Made by a program: the position numbers and the translations under genes. A DNA stretch of 64,000 nt from positions 90,136 through 154,135 of the forward strand of contig JBCCGE010000001.1 of the NCBI GenBank assembly GCA_039029455.1. The letters run 5' to 3'. How positions within the stretch are numbered: the stretch's first letter is position 1; each line of letters opens with the position of its first letter. Below are positions 18,871-29,117 of the stretch, piece by piece. Below the pieces are notes generated by a model that saw nothing but the letters and a program-made list of their open reading frames with translations, was not told the DNA's origin and did not search any database. This DNA is from Pseudomonadota bacterium (GTDB lineage Bacteria; Pseudomonadota; Gammaproteobacteria; Arenicellales; Poriferihabitantaceae).

Positions 18871-20100
18871 ATGACTGATTTCATCAGAGACAAAGTTGCG
18901 ACCCGGCTTGAAGGATTGCGCAGATTAACTGACTTTTCGAACAGGGCCGGCCCAACGTACGCGGCGCGCCGTAACTTTGACTTTGGTCAAAATAAACATT
19001 ATCACGTCTCGGGCCTTTCGCCGTGGATCCGACATCGACTGATCTCTGAGCCGGAGGTAATCGAGGCCGTACTGATTGGAAATGCGCCAGATTCCTGCGA
19101 AAAGTTTGTTCAGGAAGTGGTCTGGAGAATGTACTTTAAGGGCTGGTTGGAGCAGCGTCCCGAGGTCTGGAGGCGCTATCGCACGGGTCTGAATCAGTGG
19201 GCGGATCAGCTGGACAAAGATGATGACCTGGGGCGGCGATATGATTGTGCTGTTGCCGGTAAAACCGGAATTGACTGCTTTGATGCATGGACGTTAGAAC
19301 TTGTTGAAACAGGCTACCTTCACAATCACGCTCGCATGTGGTTCGCAAGCATCTGGGTGTTTACGCTGGAGTTGCCCTGGCATCTGGGTGCCGATTTTTT
19401 CTATCGGCATCTGATCGACGCCGATCCGGCGTCAAACACGTTGAGTTGGCGGTGGGTGTGTGGATTGCATACCAGGGGCAAGCACTATCTTGCTTCAGCG
19501 GAAAATATTGCGCGCTTCACTGAAGGACGGTTCAATCCTGTTGGGATGCTGAATGAACAGGCGCAGGCGCTGGTTGAAGATTTCGAAGCACCATTTAATC
19601 CGTTCTCCCACCAGAATTTAGACACGGAAGCGCCTGTGGGCCTTTTGCTTACGCCGGAAGACTGCTCAGCAGAATGGTTGTTCGAAAAATACAATATCGT
19701 TGCTACTCTCGCTCTATTGGATAGTGGAGAACGGTCGCCTTTTGCAGTCAGCGAAAAAGCAAAAGCATTCTCCAGAGCGGCGATTACTGATGCGTCGGAC
19801 AGGATTCCCAACCGGCCCCAAGAGCCAGTGCAGTTTGAATCTGATTCCGATTGGGTCGCTTCGGTCGGTCGCTGGGCCCGACATCACCGACTGAAGACTG
19901 TGATCACTTCCTACTGTCCGGTCGGTGAGACCAGAGATCGATTAGATGCAGTAAAACAAACGCTGGACGGCAGAGGGTTGAAACTGAACAGCATTCTACG
20001 TCTGTGCGATCAGACGGTCTGGCCTCACGCCAGCGCCGGGTTTTTCAAAGTCAAAAAGAAAATACCATCGATACTTGAGACGCTTGGACTGGCCGAGTAG
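18871..20100 (+). CDS. Photolyase/cryptochrome family protein with N-terminal FAD-binding domain (NewPHL-like inverted architecture)
   Basis: VSGLSPWIRH near the N-terminus, GYLHNHARMWFAS, LIDADPASNTLSWRW; only 409 aa. Confidence 0.8.
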   Translation: MTDFIRDKVATRLEGLRRLTDFSNRAGPTYAARRNFDFGQNKHYHVSGLSPWIRHRLISEPEVIEAVLIGNAPDSCEKFVQEVVWRMYFKGWLEQRPEVWRRYRTGLNQWADQLDKDDDLGRRYDCAVAGKTGIDCFDAWTLELVETGYLHNHARMWFASIWVFTLELPWHLGADFFYRHLIDADPASNTLSWRWVCGLHTRGKHYLASAENIARFTEGRFNPVGMLNEQAQALVEDFEAPFNPFSHQNLDTEAPVGLLLTPEDCSAEWLFEKYNIVATLALLDSGERSPFAVSEKAKAFSRAAITDASDRIPNRPQEPVQFESDSDWVASVGRWARHHRLKTVITSYCPVGETRDRLDAVKQTLDGRGLKLNSILRLCDQTVWPHASAGFFKVKKKIPSILETLGLAE

Positions 20101-20155
20101 CCCCGGGTACCAAATCCCAAATCCTAGAGTCCAGTCAATAGTCGCTTCAAAGTGA

Positions 20156-21403
20156 TCAGTCCGTATTTTGAAAAACGATTTCACCGTTTTTGATGACCAT
20201 CTGAACATCCGAAAACGCAGTCGCTCCCTCACGCGGATCGTTGTTCAAAACCACAAGATCTGCGACGTATCCGATCCCGGGTTTTCCGTGCGTTTTTGAA
20301 AGACCCAACATTGCAGCGGGCGCGGTCGTCAGGCTGGCCAGCACATCCGAAAAATCGAGCCCGGCTCTCTCCATCAATTGAAATTCTCGGAATGTTGATG
20401 GGTCCCGCATATAACCCACATCTGTACCGAAGAGCACACGGCCTCCCATACTTTGGAAGACTGACAGTTGCTCCAGCGCATTGTTCTCAAGTCGATCGAC
20501 TAATTCTGCTGGCAGGCCGATTCGGGGTAGGTCGTACCGCCACAGCATCAGCGTTGGAACAAGAGCAACGTTTTGGTCAACCATTTGCTGCGGAAGGGAA
20601 CGATCCCATGGGCCTTTGAGCTCTGCGGGAAAGGTATGGGCCAGCGCGTCGACACCGGCTTCCACGGCAATGCGCGCTCCGTCTGAATCGGAGGGGTGGG
20701 CAAAGACCAGCTTTTTGAGGTTGTGCGCAGTCTTTACAACGGATGCAGCGTGCGCTGCAGGCATGTACTTGAGGGTTGTGGGTGTCGCCCAGGACCCCGT
20801 AAAAATCTTGATTCCATGGTAGCCCATGTCCAGCACTTCAGCACTAAGATCGGCAGCTTGCTGCGGGGACCATGTTTCGGGTAACTGCACTGGCTCAATG
20901 TAAAAAGGACTTCCGTTCTGCGGAACCAGAGAGCCTCCCATCGCATACACGTCAGGGCCGACCACCCGACGTCCGCTGATGGCTTTGATAATCGGAAACA
21001 ATACAGCCGGGTGTGCGCCGGTGTCGATGACCGAGGTGAAACCCTTGCTGATGAACATCTCGTTGAGCTTGTTTTCGAGCTGCGCAGCATTTTCGGGTCT
21101 GGTGTCATCCAGATTGAACAAGTGGTGGACATGAGAATTCCAGAAGCCGGCGGTAACAAATTTGCCACTGAGGTCAACAATTTTGCTTGCGGCAATTCCC
21201 GAATTCGAGGATACATCGACAATGTGCTGATCTTTGATCAGGATGGACACCGATTCCATCGGCTGCTTCCCGTCTCCCGGGAAAACAGTACCGTTCTCAA
21301 GTAGCAGGCTTTCTGCAAGAGCATTGGACGCAGACCCGAAAAACAGGCAGAGGCAGACGACCTCTTTAACTGTTTTCAGACTAAATTTGTGCAGGTTAGA
21401 CAT
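20156..21403 (-). CDS. Exported amidohydrolase family protein
   Basis: GFWNSHVHH metal motif, FAHP, LAHT, FGTDVG, ADLVVL; signal-like N-terminus. Confidence 0.85.
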   Translation of the reverse strand: MSNLHKFSLKTVKEVVCLCLFFGSASNALAESLLLENGTVFPGDGKQPMESVSILIKDQHIVDVSSNSGIAASKIVDLSGKFVTAGFWNSHVHHLFNLDDTRPENAAQLENKLNEMFISKGFTSVIDTGAHPAVLFPIIKAISGRRVVGPDVYAMGGSLVPQNGSPFYIEPVQLPETWSPQQAADLSAEVLDMGYHGIKIFTGSWATPTTLKYMPAAHAASVVKTAHNLKKLVFAHPSDSDGARIAVEAGVDALAHTFPAELKGPWDRSLPQQMVDQNVALVPTLMLWRYDLPRIGLPAELVDRLENNALEQLSVFQSMGGRVLFGTDVGYMRDPSTFREFQLMERAGLDFSDVLASLTTAPAAMLGLSKTHGKPGIGYVADLVVLNNDPREGATAFSDVQMVIKNGEIVFQNTD

Positions 21404-21449
21404 CAGGACGAATCAGCACCTCGAGACTTGCCCGTCTGAACGGTAATTG

Positions 21450-22139
21450 CTAGACCGCAGGTTCTACGTTTCTGTTCAACTCACTTACCAGATCGGGCGG
21501 CAGTTTGAGTGCGGTTGCCAGCGCATCAAGATAGGATTTGGCCATGAAATTCGACTGATCAACTATCAGTAGAGTGGCCAGATAAACTTCTGCGCCGACC
21601 TCACTACTGGAAACCCGTGACGCGATTAGGGCAGGATCAACCGGTTTCTCCAGCTCTGATTTCACAAAAGCAGTCAATTCGGGAGATTCACCGATACGCT
21701 CGACAAACGACTGCAGTCCCGCTTTCTCGTCGTCATCGATATGCCCATCGGCTTTAGATGCGGCGATCATTGCGCTCAATATGAGACGACTGTGCTCGTC
21801 ACTGGTGTCGTCGGCCGGATTGGTGATATCTCTAACAGTAGCTGAGGTATCGGGCTTTGCGTCCTGCCAGTCTTTGTACGTTTTATAAGCCAGCCCTCCA
21901 ATTGCGGCCACGCTGCCGACTTTAAGCAATCCGCCGGCAATACCGCGGCCGGTTCGTGTTCCCAGCAGAAGCGCGAGCGATCCTGCTGCGAGGGCGCCTT
22001 TACCCAAACCTGACAACATTGCGTCGCGTTCAGGCCCTTCCGGCGGCATGTTGAGCTTTTCCTCGGCAAAGGATTGTCCGGTCTCAGCATAACTTTTTCC
22101 GGATTCAAGTAATCTGTCAATCAGTTCTCTGGCATCCAC
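21450..22139 (-). CDS. DUF533/TerB-family inner-membrane protein (YebE-like)
   Basis: GGLAYKTYKDWQ, AMIAASKADGHIDDDE, EVYLATL; GTG 22139 chosen. Confidence 0.85.
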   Translation of the reverse strand: MDARELIDRLLESGKSYAETGQSFAEEKLNMPPEGPERDAMLSGLGKGALAAGSLALLLGTRTGRGIAGGLLKVGSVAAIGGLAYKTYKDWQDAKPDTSATVRDITNPADDTSDEHSRLILSAMIAASKADGHIDDDEKAGLQSFVERIGESPELTAFVKSELEKPVDPALIASRVSSSEVGAEVYLATLLIVDQSNFMAKSYLDALATALKLPPDLVSELNRNVEPAV

Positions 22140-22285
22140 AATCGTTTCCTGAATTTTTAGTGTTATATAAGATATAAGATCGTGACAGAAAATTTCAATT
22201 CTGCCGAGGCACACGCAGTTTTAGAGCCTCTAAAGACTCGGCAGCCACTAAAAATTCAAAATGTAAGCAGCAGGGTGAATTCACA

Positions 22286-23038
22286 ATGACAAAAAGACGA
22301 TGTTTGATAACCGGAGGTGCCGGTGGCGTGGGAACGGCGGTGGCCCATGGTTTGTCCGCTGCAGGCTTCCACGTAGTGGTCAGTGATCTCGAGGAGGGAG
22401 CCTGCCAACAGGTGGTTGCCGACGTCGAAAAAAATGGCGGAAGTGCGGAAGCGGTTGTATTGGATGTTACCGATCGTGCCGCTGTAGAGGCAGTCTTTGT
22501 GGATCAGGACAATAAAGGCGGAATTGACACGTTGGTGACGTCTGCCGCAATTGTCAAAGCTGCGCCCATTCTGGAATTCTCACCGGAAGACTGGAGCCGT
22601 ATTCTTGAGGTCAACCTCACCGGCACGTTTCATTGCTGCCAGTGCGCCGGTCGGCGAATGGTTGAAAAAGGCTTTGGTCGAATCATCACGATCAGTTCGG
22701 TGAACGGCCAAATTGCCAATTCCCATCGGGGCGCCTATTCATGCACCAAAGGCGGTGTGGATTCATTGACGCGATTGTTTGCCGCTGAATTGGGTGGCAA
22801 GGGCGTCACTGCGAATGCCGTATCACCTACACCTGTCGATACGCCAATGATTAAAAAAGTGCACGGACCGAAAGACAGAAAGCTGTGGTACGACCAGATT
22901 CCGGCAAAGCGTTACGCACAACCCGAAGAAGTTGCGGCAGCGGTGAAGTATCTGGCTTCTGAAGAGGCCGGCTACGTCAATGGCCACACTCTTAACCTCG
23001 ATGGCGGGTTTATGGCCTCGGGAATTCTGCTGGACTAG
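22286..23038 (+). CDS. Short-chain dehydrogenase/reductase (FabG-like)
   Basis: TGGAGGVG, VNLTG, YSCTK (YxxxK), NAVSP. Confidence 0.9.
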   Translation: MTKRRCLITGGAGGVGTAVAHGLSAAGFHVVVSDLEEGACQQVVADVEKNGGSAEAVVLDVTDRAAVEAVFVDQDNKGGIDTLVTSAAIVKAAPILEFSPEDWSRILEVNLTGTFHCCQCAGRRMVEKGFGRIITISSVNGQIANSHRGAYSCTKGGVDSLTRLFAAELGGKGVTANAVSPTPVDTPMIKKVHGPKDRKLWYDQIPAKRYAQPEEVAAAVKYLASEEAGYVNGHTLNLDGGFMASGILLD

Positions 23039-23073
23039 CTTCAGACAATACACCGAATTCCAACCGCTTAGAC

Positions 23074-23985
23074 TTATCGCCCGGTTTTTGCGTTCACCGG
23101 CAAATCATGTTTAGCGGAAACATGCGCCTGCTCCAGATGGCGGGAGCGGAAATGAATCCAGGCCACACCGGCGAGAATCATCATTCCACCGACGATCAGG
23201 ATAAGTGTAATTTCGTCGCCCAGCAGCCAGACACCGCCAATAACGCCGAATATTGGCGAGAGCAGTGAATACGGTGCCACCTGACTGACCGGGTAGTGTC
23301 TGAGAAGATAATAGAGTCCGGAGTTGGCAACCACAGAACTCATAAAAGCCGTATACAGCAGCGCCAGCCAACCAACCGTCGACGCCTGAACGACTACATC
23401 CCAGTGGTTGTTCTCAAAGACGAGAGATGTGGCCAAAAGTGTTGGAGAACTTACCAGTGATATCCAAACCACAATGGTAAGCGGATGAATCGATCCCAGC
23501 TCACGAATCCGAATCATTCCGTATGCGGCAAAGCCGCAGGAAATCGCCATCCAGACCAAAGCGGGGATATCGTTGAATGCTGCGGGATCGAATCCGATCA
23601 CCATTGCGCCGCTCATGGCAATGGTGATACCAAGAATTCTGTTGATTCCGATTTTCTCTCCCAGTAACAGCACACCCAACAGGATTGCGAAGGGTACCTC
23701 CAACTTGCTGAACAGGGCAATTGAGGAAATATTGCTTGCCAGCGAAACAGACAGGTACAGCGACAGATACATTCCCGTTCCCATCAGCAGACCCACTTTA
23801 ATCAGCGGCCGGATCAGATCTCTGGGGACCTTCAAAAACGGGAACAGGCACAAAACAAGCAGAGTAAACCGGATACCGGTAAAAAGAATTGGAGGGAAAT
23901 CCCTAAGACCGATACTTGCCGCGACGTACATTGATCCCCAAAGCAGATTAATCAGTACAGCAAGGAGTGTGTGCGACAGTTTCAA
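23074..23985 (-). CDS. DMT/EamA family transporter
   Basis: LLWGS, RF, LLGEKI, VAPYSLL; about 10 TM segments. Confidence 0.85.
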   Translation of the reverse strand: MKLSHTLLAVLINLLWGSMYVAASIGLRDFPPILFTGIRFTLLVLCLFPFLKVPRDLIRPLIKVGLLMGTGMYLSLYLSVSLASNISSIALFSKLEVPFAILLGVLLLGEKIGINRILGITIAMSGAMVIGFDPAAFNDIPALVWMAISCGFAAYGMIRIRELGSIHPLTIVVWISLVSSPTLLATSLVFENNHWDVVVQASTVGWLALLYTAFMSSVVANSGLYYLLRHYPVSQVAPYSLLSPIFGVIGGVWLLGDEITLILIVGGMMILAGVAWIHFRSRHLEQAHVSAKHDLPVNAKTGR

Positions 23986-24218
23986 TATTAATTTTCGGAC
24001 GTATTAAATTGAATTGCCGAATTTGGTCCTGAAAGCCATTGGTATAAATGAATGACGATATGGAAAGCTGAATGGACCGTGGGAAACTCGTAAGGAAACA
24101 CTGGAGTTTCTTACTGATGTAACGCAAAAATTCATATCTATTGTATGGTTAAGTGTCAAAACAAGTGAGAAGAGCAGAAACTTGCGAAATCAAATTCCTA
24201 AAACGTTGTTGGTCTAAC

Positions 24219-24887
24219 ATGGCTTTCTATTGCCTGAAAAATGAGTCCAGAAAATTCATTATCTGTGTTAATCCAAAATGTGGTTGCACCACAATCAGAG
24301 ACTGGTTTGTTCACACTCTTGAAGAATCGCTATCTGAAGTCGACAGGAGTTGCGGCCGGTACATGATACCGCCCGAAACGCTCCATTTGTATCCGGACTA
24401 CTTCAAAGCTCTCGTTGTTCAGAATCCGTTGCGCCGCCTGGTCAGCTTCTATTACAAATTCGTCGTGACTGGCAGCGAACGGTGGTGTCACGCAGATCAG
24501 GAGGCAATTCTATCTCTGGAGAATCATACCTTCCGACAGTTCATTAGAGTTCTGACAGATCTTGCGATTCGAAGTTGTAGTTTTCAACATCACCTTGTGT
24601 CGCAAACGGAACAGATCAAGATGATACCCTTTGACGAGGTTATTAAAACTAAAGACATCGCGTTTGGTTTGAAACGCATTAACCAGCGTCTGGGTATTGT
24701 GTACGAACCTTTGTGTTTAAACGCATCCGGGTATTCAGACGCCAGAGGTAGAAATGTCTGCGACATTACTCCTGATGAACTGTCGACATTGCCTGTTTAT
24801 TCGTATGATCAATTCTATGATTCGGCGCTAAGAGAAATGGTCTCGGCTCTCTATGCGGATGATATTCACTACTATGAGTCAATCTGA
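24219..24887 (+). CDS. Sulfotransferase family 2 protein
   Basis: NPKCGCTT (5'-PSB-like), VVQNPLRRLVSFY (3'-PB-like), LY..DI C-terminal motif; ATG 24219 chosen. Confidence 0.7.
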   Translation: MAFYCLKNESRKFIICVNPKCGCTTIRDWFVHTLEESLSEVDRSCGRYMIPPETLHLYPDYFKALVVQNPLRRLVSFYYKFVVTGSERWCHADQEAILSLENHTFRQFIRVLTDLAIRSCSFQHHLVSQTEQIKMIPFDEVIKTKDIAFGLKRINQRLGIVYEPLCLNASGYSDARGRNVCDITPDELSTLPVYSYDQFYDSALREMVSALYADDIHYYESI

Positions 24888-24974
24888 CTGCGCCTGAACT
24901 CTAAGGCTTGCTTTCACTGTTGACGATAACGAGAAAATTGGATCAATCTGAAAGTGTCGCCGAAGTTTAAGAGC

Positions 24975-25538
24975 TCAACCCGGAGGCAGTAAAAGATCCT
25001 CCAGAAAAAATGCGGCGAGTTCCGCCCGATTTTCGAGATTGGCCTTGGCGTATATGTTGCTGGCCTGTTGCCGGACTGTTTTTTCGCTGGTGCCTCTGAA
25101 TTGCGCCAGCTCTTTTATGCTGATTCCTTTTATTAGCAAAAGCGCGACCTCTTTTTCGGCTTTAGAAAGATTCCAGTGCTCGAACTGCTGGTCAATTTCT
25201 GTACCCAGTCCCTGGAGCAGTCTGGACGCGCGTTTCTTCCACATAACAAGATCATTGTTCGAATGCTTTACCACCCGTTCAAGGTGACGGTTGCGAGCGC
25301 GGGTTGCGCTTGGACGTTGCATCCAGATGTAGACGAGCGTGCTGGCAATAAAAGCACTGATGACTAAATCCATCAGCAGTTCAAGGGTAGTGCCTCCATC
25401 GGACCAGTCATCATAGAGGTCAAACACCGTGGCGCCCGCCACAGCAGCCAGTGCTGCGAATACAAGTACTCTTTCAAGGTCAGGTCGATTACTCAAGAGG
25501 CAAGAGTTGACAATTACGATAGATTCCAGGAGTTCCAA
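24975..25538 (-). CDS. Membrane-anchored LuxR-type HTH regulator
   Basis: Two TM segments, then LSKAEKEVALLLIKG...TSEKTVRQQASNIYAK. Confidence 0.85.
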   Translation of the reverse strand: MELLESIVIVNSCLLSNRPDLERVLVFAALAAVAGATVFDLYDDWSDGGTTLELLMDLVISAFIASTLVYIWMQRPSATRARNRHLERVVKHSNNDLVMWKKRASRLLQGLGTEIDQQFEHWNLSKAEKEVALLLIKGISIKELAQFRGTSEKTVRQQASNIYAKANLENRAELAAFFLEDLLLPPG

Positions 25539-25727
25539 TAATCGACAGTTCGTATCGATTACTCAACCTATATAACAAACTCTCCTGATAATGTAAGTAG
25601 GACAAATGTCCAATAAATGCCGATGTCTTCAACAAATTTGGTTCATGGTACGTATCTCGGATGCCTCCAATACAAAGTTCGCGTAGTTTAAATCTCTGTC
25701 AATCTACCGATCTGGAGGAAATCCGCT

Positions 25728-26549
25728 ATGCGTTTATCTTTAACACTGGTTGTACTTTCGCTGTGTGCTTCGCCCGCGCAGGCCAGCGACCCCCTTACCC
25801 TCGATCCTCAAAGTCCCTGGTATCTTTTCGATTCGGAACCGGGATGGCACTTTGACCTTGGCTTAGGTCTCGAGCTGGAGCCAAATTATGCCGGTGCAGA
25901 CGATTCCACGTCAGAAGTTGCGGCTTTTGCGCAGGCGGTGTATCACAGCGAAAAAGGGCATCGGTATTTTCTGGGCCTCGGTGAGGTTGGATTGAATTAT
26001 TCCATTTCACCCAACACCCAGATTCAGGCTTTTCTGGAATATGAAGAGGGCAGAGAAGTCGATGACGACGAATTGTTAATCGGTTTAGAACCAATCGACT
26101 CGACGTTCGAAGGTCAGTTTACCCTCGCACGGCGGTTTGGAAATAAAACGGTATTTGCAACTCTGCAGCCGGATGTCGCTGGCGATGCTAACAAAGGACT
26201 GGTGTGGTTTATCGGCGCAAGCCGTGACTGGATGTCCGCAGATGAGACTTGGCGGTTCGGTACGCGACTGGACCTCAGCGGAGCGAATGCAGAATACATG
26301 CAGACAGAATTTGGTATTAGTGCAGTCGAGGCAGCACGAACCCGATTCGACGAGTACACTCCCGGAAGTGGTCTGAAATCAGCCACGCTGGGATTGTCAG
26401 CGGAGTACTTCATCAACAACAGACTTAGTGTTCTGAGTACCATGGAGGTCGAACGGTATCTGGACAAGGCGTCAGCGAGTCCCTTAATTCAGGATGTAGG
26501 ATCCGATACAACGGTAGAAGCCAGTGTTTTGCTTCGCTGGAGGTTCTGA
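25728..26549 (+). CDS. MipA/OmpV-family outer-membrane protein
   Basis: Signal peptide, P.Y.GAD, YMQTEFGIS, C-terminal aromatic WRF. Confidence 0.8.
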   Translation: MRLSLTLVVLSLCASPAQASDPLTLDPQSPWYLFDSEPGWHFDLGLGLELEPNYAGADDSTSEVAAFAQAVYHSEKGHRYFLGLGEVGLNYSISPNTQIQAFLEYEEGREVDDDELLIGLEPIDSTFEGQFTLARRFGNKTVFATLQPDVAGDANKGLVWFIGASRDWMSADETWRFGTRLDLSGANAEYMQTEFGISAVEAARTRFDEYTPGSGLKSATLGLSAEYFINNRLSVLSTMEVERYLDKASASPLIQDVGSDTTVEASVLLRWRF

Positions 26550-26918
26550 ATCGGATTCTGGTCTGGGTACGGCTGACAAAAAAGCAGGTTCGATTCTGTA
26601 AAAAAATGCCGAATCCGGCCCCGGCTGCGTTCGTTCAGAAACCCTGCGAAAAGACCGTAGACTGCGTACTGAGCGGGTTCAGGATGAACAGCTCCGCCGC
26701 TCAACGCTGTCAATTGTCCGGAATGTCGATTATGATTCTGCGGCGGGAACCGAGAGTCAGCGTCAGAAACGGATGCATAATCGGCATAAAGCCAAAGCAA
26801 ATACGAGACCCCAAGCTTTTCCGTTCCGCTCGACAGTCGGTTCGGTGTATTCGTATTCCCCGCAACCTGGATTGGTGTGCCCGGGTTTTATTTTACCGAT
26901 ATGTTTTTGGGGTATTGA

Positions 26919-28997
26919 ATGGTGCAATCAGGAAGACAGCTTATGTTTTGGAGACAGTCCGTAAGGTATTTGCTTTGCATACTCGGAGCGTTGGTTTTTT
27001 TACAGGGTGTGGCGCATGCAAACACTGGCGAACCGCCTCGACTTTTGAAAGAAACTCGCACTCAGAAATCAGCGATACCAGCCGTCACTCTCCAGGCGAT
27101 TGATGCGTCGGCATTGAGAAGTGCTGAGGCGGCCAAGTCGATAGGTTCAACGGTGCGAACCAAAATCGTGAGCTTTGCGGTGACAGAAGAAACCTCACTT
27201 GCACCCCATACCCATGGCGCCTGGACGGATGTATCTGACGGACGAATCTGGCGTCTCAGAATTGTGGGTCCGGGCTCCACAGATTTGAATTTAGGATTTA
27301 CCGACTTCTTTCTGCCGAAAGGAGCAACGCTGCATGTTTATGACCCGGTGAGCGGTTATTTCCAGGGCCCCTATACGGCAGATCAGAATCAGTCTTATCG
27401 TCAACTCTGGACGCCCGTAATACCGGGTAATGAAACGGTCGTGGAAGTATTTGTGCCAACTTCTGAGCTGGGGCTTCTGGAGCTCGAATTGGGTCAGGTT
27501 GGCAAAGGGTTTCTTGACGTTTTCAATCAAGGGTTGTCTTCGTTACAAAAGCAGGGATCATGCAACATTGACGTTGCGTGTCCTCTCGGCGATGGGTGGC
27601 GCGATGAAATTCGCAGCGTTGCTGTGTACGGCCTCAACGGTTCAACATTTTGTACTGGAACATTGATCAACAATGTCACCCAGGATTTCACACCATATTT
27701 TCTGACCGCAGACCACTGCAATATCAGCAGTCAAAACGCACCATCGGTCGTCGTATACTGGAATTTTGAATCTCCCAATTGCGGCGACCTGGACAACGGG
27801 TCGTTGAGTCAGTCGACATCAGGGGCCACACTACGGGCGCAGAATACGGACAATGACATGTCCCTGCTCGAACTTAGTGAGCAACCGAATACTCTCTACA
27901 ATGTCTATTACGCGGGTTGGGATGCAAGCGCATTGTCGCCCACCTCATCCATCGCAATCCACCATCCCAATACGGATGAAAAGGCAATATCATTTAACGA
28001 TGATGCCTTGACCACGACAGACAGCTGCATCCTTTTTTCCCAAACTATCAGTGATACCCATTGGAACGTCGACAACTGGGAGCAGGGCACGACCGAACCC
28101 GGATCGTCGGGGTCCGGGCTGTTCGATCCGGCAACTCAGCGTCTGATCGGCTATTTGTCCGGTGGCTCAGCCTCGTGTTTGAACACTGCGGGCAACGATT
28201 GTTATGGAAAGTTTTCAGTGGGCTGGAGCAACGGCTTATCGACCTGGCTTGATCCAAACAATACCGGAACACTATTTGTTGATGGCGCCAATCCTCCGTC
28301 GGGTCCGGCTATAGATGAAACCAGAGTCGGAGACTCAAGGACACTCTCATCGGCGACACTATCGGAGTGGTTTTACGGCAAAACAGAGTTGCCCGATGGA
28401 TTGAGTGCTCTTACTGTCTCGCTCACCCCTGTCAATGGTGACCCGAATTTGTACACGCGAGCAAATCAGCTTCCGGATCTTTCGAACTATGATTGCCGTC
28501 CGCTCGCAGGTGGTGCAAGCGCGGAAGTATGTGCCGAAGAGAACCCACCCGAAGGCAGTCACTTTTGGGGCATCAACACTTCAGCGGCGTATACAGATGC
28601 GGAGCTTCAGATTACCGGGTCTGTGAATCCGGGCGATCGTGTCACCGGTATTTCGGAGTCCAGTACGGGATTCTGGACCATCTACGAATTGTCTCTGCCT
28701 GAAGCGATCGATGACTTCAGCATTACTATGGACGCAACCGGCGCAACAGGCGATCCCGATTTGTATGTGCGCTATAACGCAGAACCGACGTTGGATAACT
28801 ACGATTGTCGACCTTTTCAGGCGTCCGGCATCTCGGAAACATGTGAGATTACAAGCCCACAGGCCGGAATCTACTACATTGGAATAAATCCTTTCTCTGC
28901 GTATTCCAACGTCGTCTTGACGATTGGAAACAGCAGTGATCTTTTGTGTTTCCCGATTATCACTGTAAGTACGCGAATAGCCGTCATCTGTATCTGA
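26919..28997 (+). CDS. Secreted lysyl endopeptidase-like (Achromobacter protease I type) serine protease with two PPC domains
   Basis: LTADHC, DMSLLEL and TEPGSSGSGL triad; two GDP[ND]LY...NYDCRP PPC repeats; signal peptide ending AHA. Confidence 0.85.
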   Translation: MVQSGRQLMFWRQSVRYLLCILGALVFLQGVAHANTGEPPRLLKETRTQKSAIPAVTLQAIDASALRSAEAAKSIGSTVRTKIVSFAVTEETSLAPHTHGAWTDVSDGRIWRLRIVGPGSTDLNLGFTDFFLPKGATLHVYDPVSGYFQGPYTADQNQSYRQLWTPVIPGNETVVEVFVPTSELGLLELELGQVGKGFLDVFNQGLSSLQKQGSCNIDVACPLGDGWRDEIRSVAVYGLNGSTFCTGTLINNVTQDFTPYFLTADHCNISSQNAPSVVVYWNFESPNCGDLDNGSLSQSTSGATLRAQNTDNDMSLLELSEQPNTLYNVYYAGWDASALSPTSSIAIHHPNTDEKAISFNDDALTTTDSCILFSQTISDTHWNVDNWEQGTTEPGSSGSGLFDPATQRLIGYLSGGSASCLNTAGNDCYGKFSVGWSNGLSTWLDPNNTGTLFVDGANPPSGPAIDETRVGDSRTLSSATLSEWFYGKTELPDGLSALTVSLTPVNGDPNLYTRANQLPDLSNYDCRPLAGGASAEVCAEENPPEGSHFWGINTSAAYTDAELQITGSVNPGDRVTGISESSTGFWTIYELSLPEAIDDFSITMDATGATGDPDLYVRYNAEPTLDNYDCRPFQASGISETCEITSPQAGIYYIGINPFSAYSNVVLTIGNSSDLLCFPIITVSTRIAVICI

Positions 28998-29117
28998 ACA
29001 CTGTCGAGAACGTTCCGATTAGGAATTGCCGGGTTTTAATGGATTGGGTTCACCCTAATCACTCGTATGTCGTCACGACATTAGGTGGTACAAACTAAAT
29101 AGAGACCATAATTTACA

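Noticed and set aside
26584-26600. GGTTCGATTC resembling a tRNA T-loop
   Set aside because: The T-stem does not pair and there is no acceptor, D or anticodon arm.
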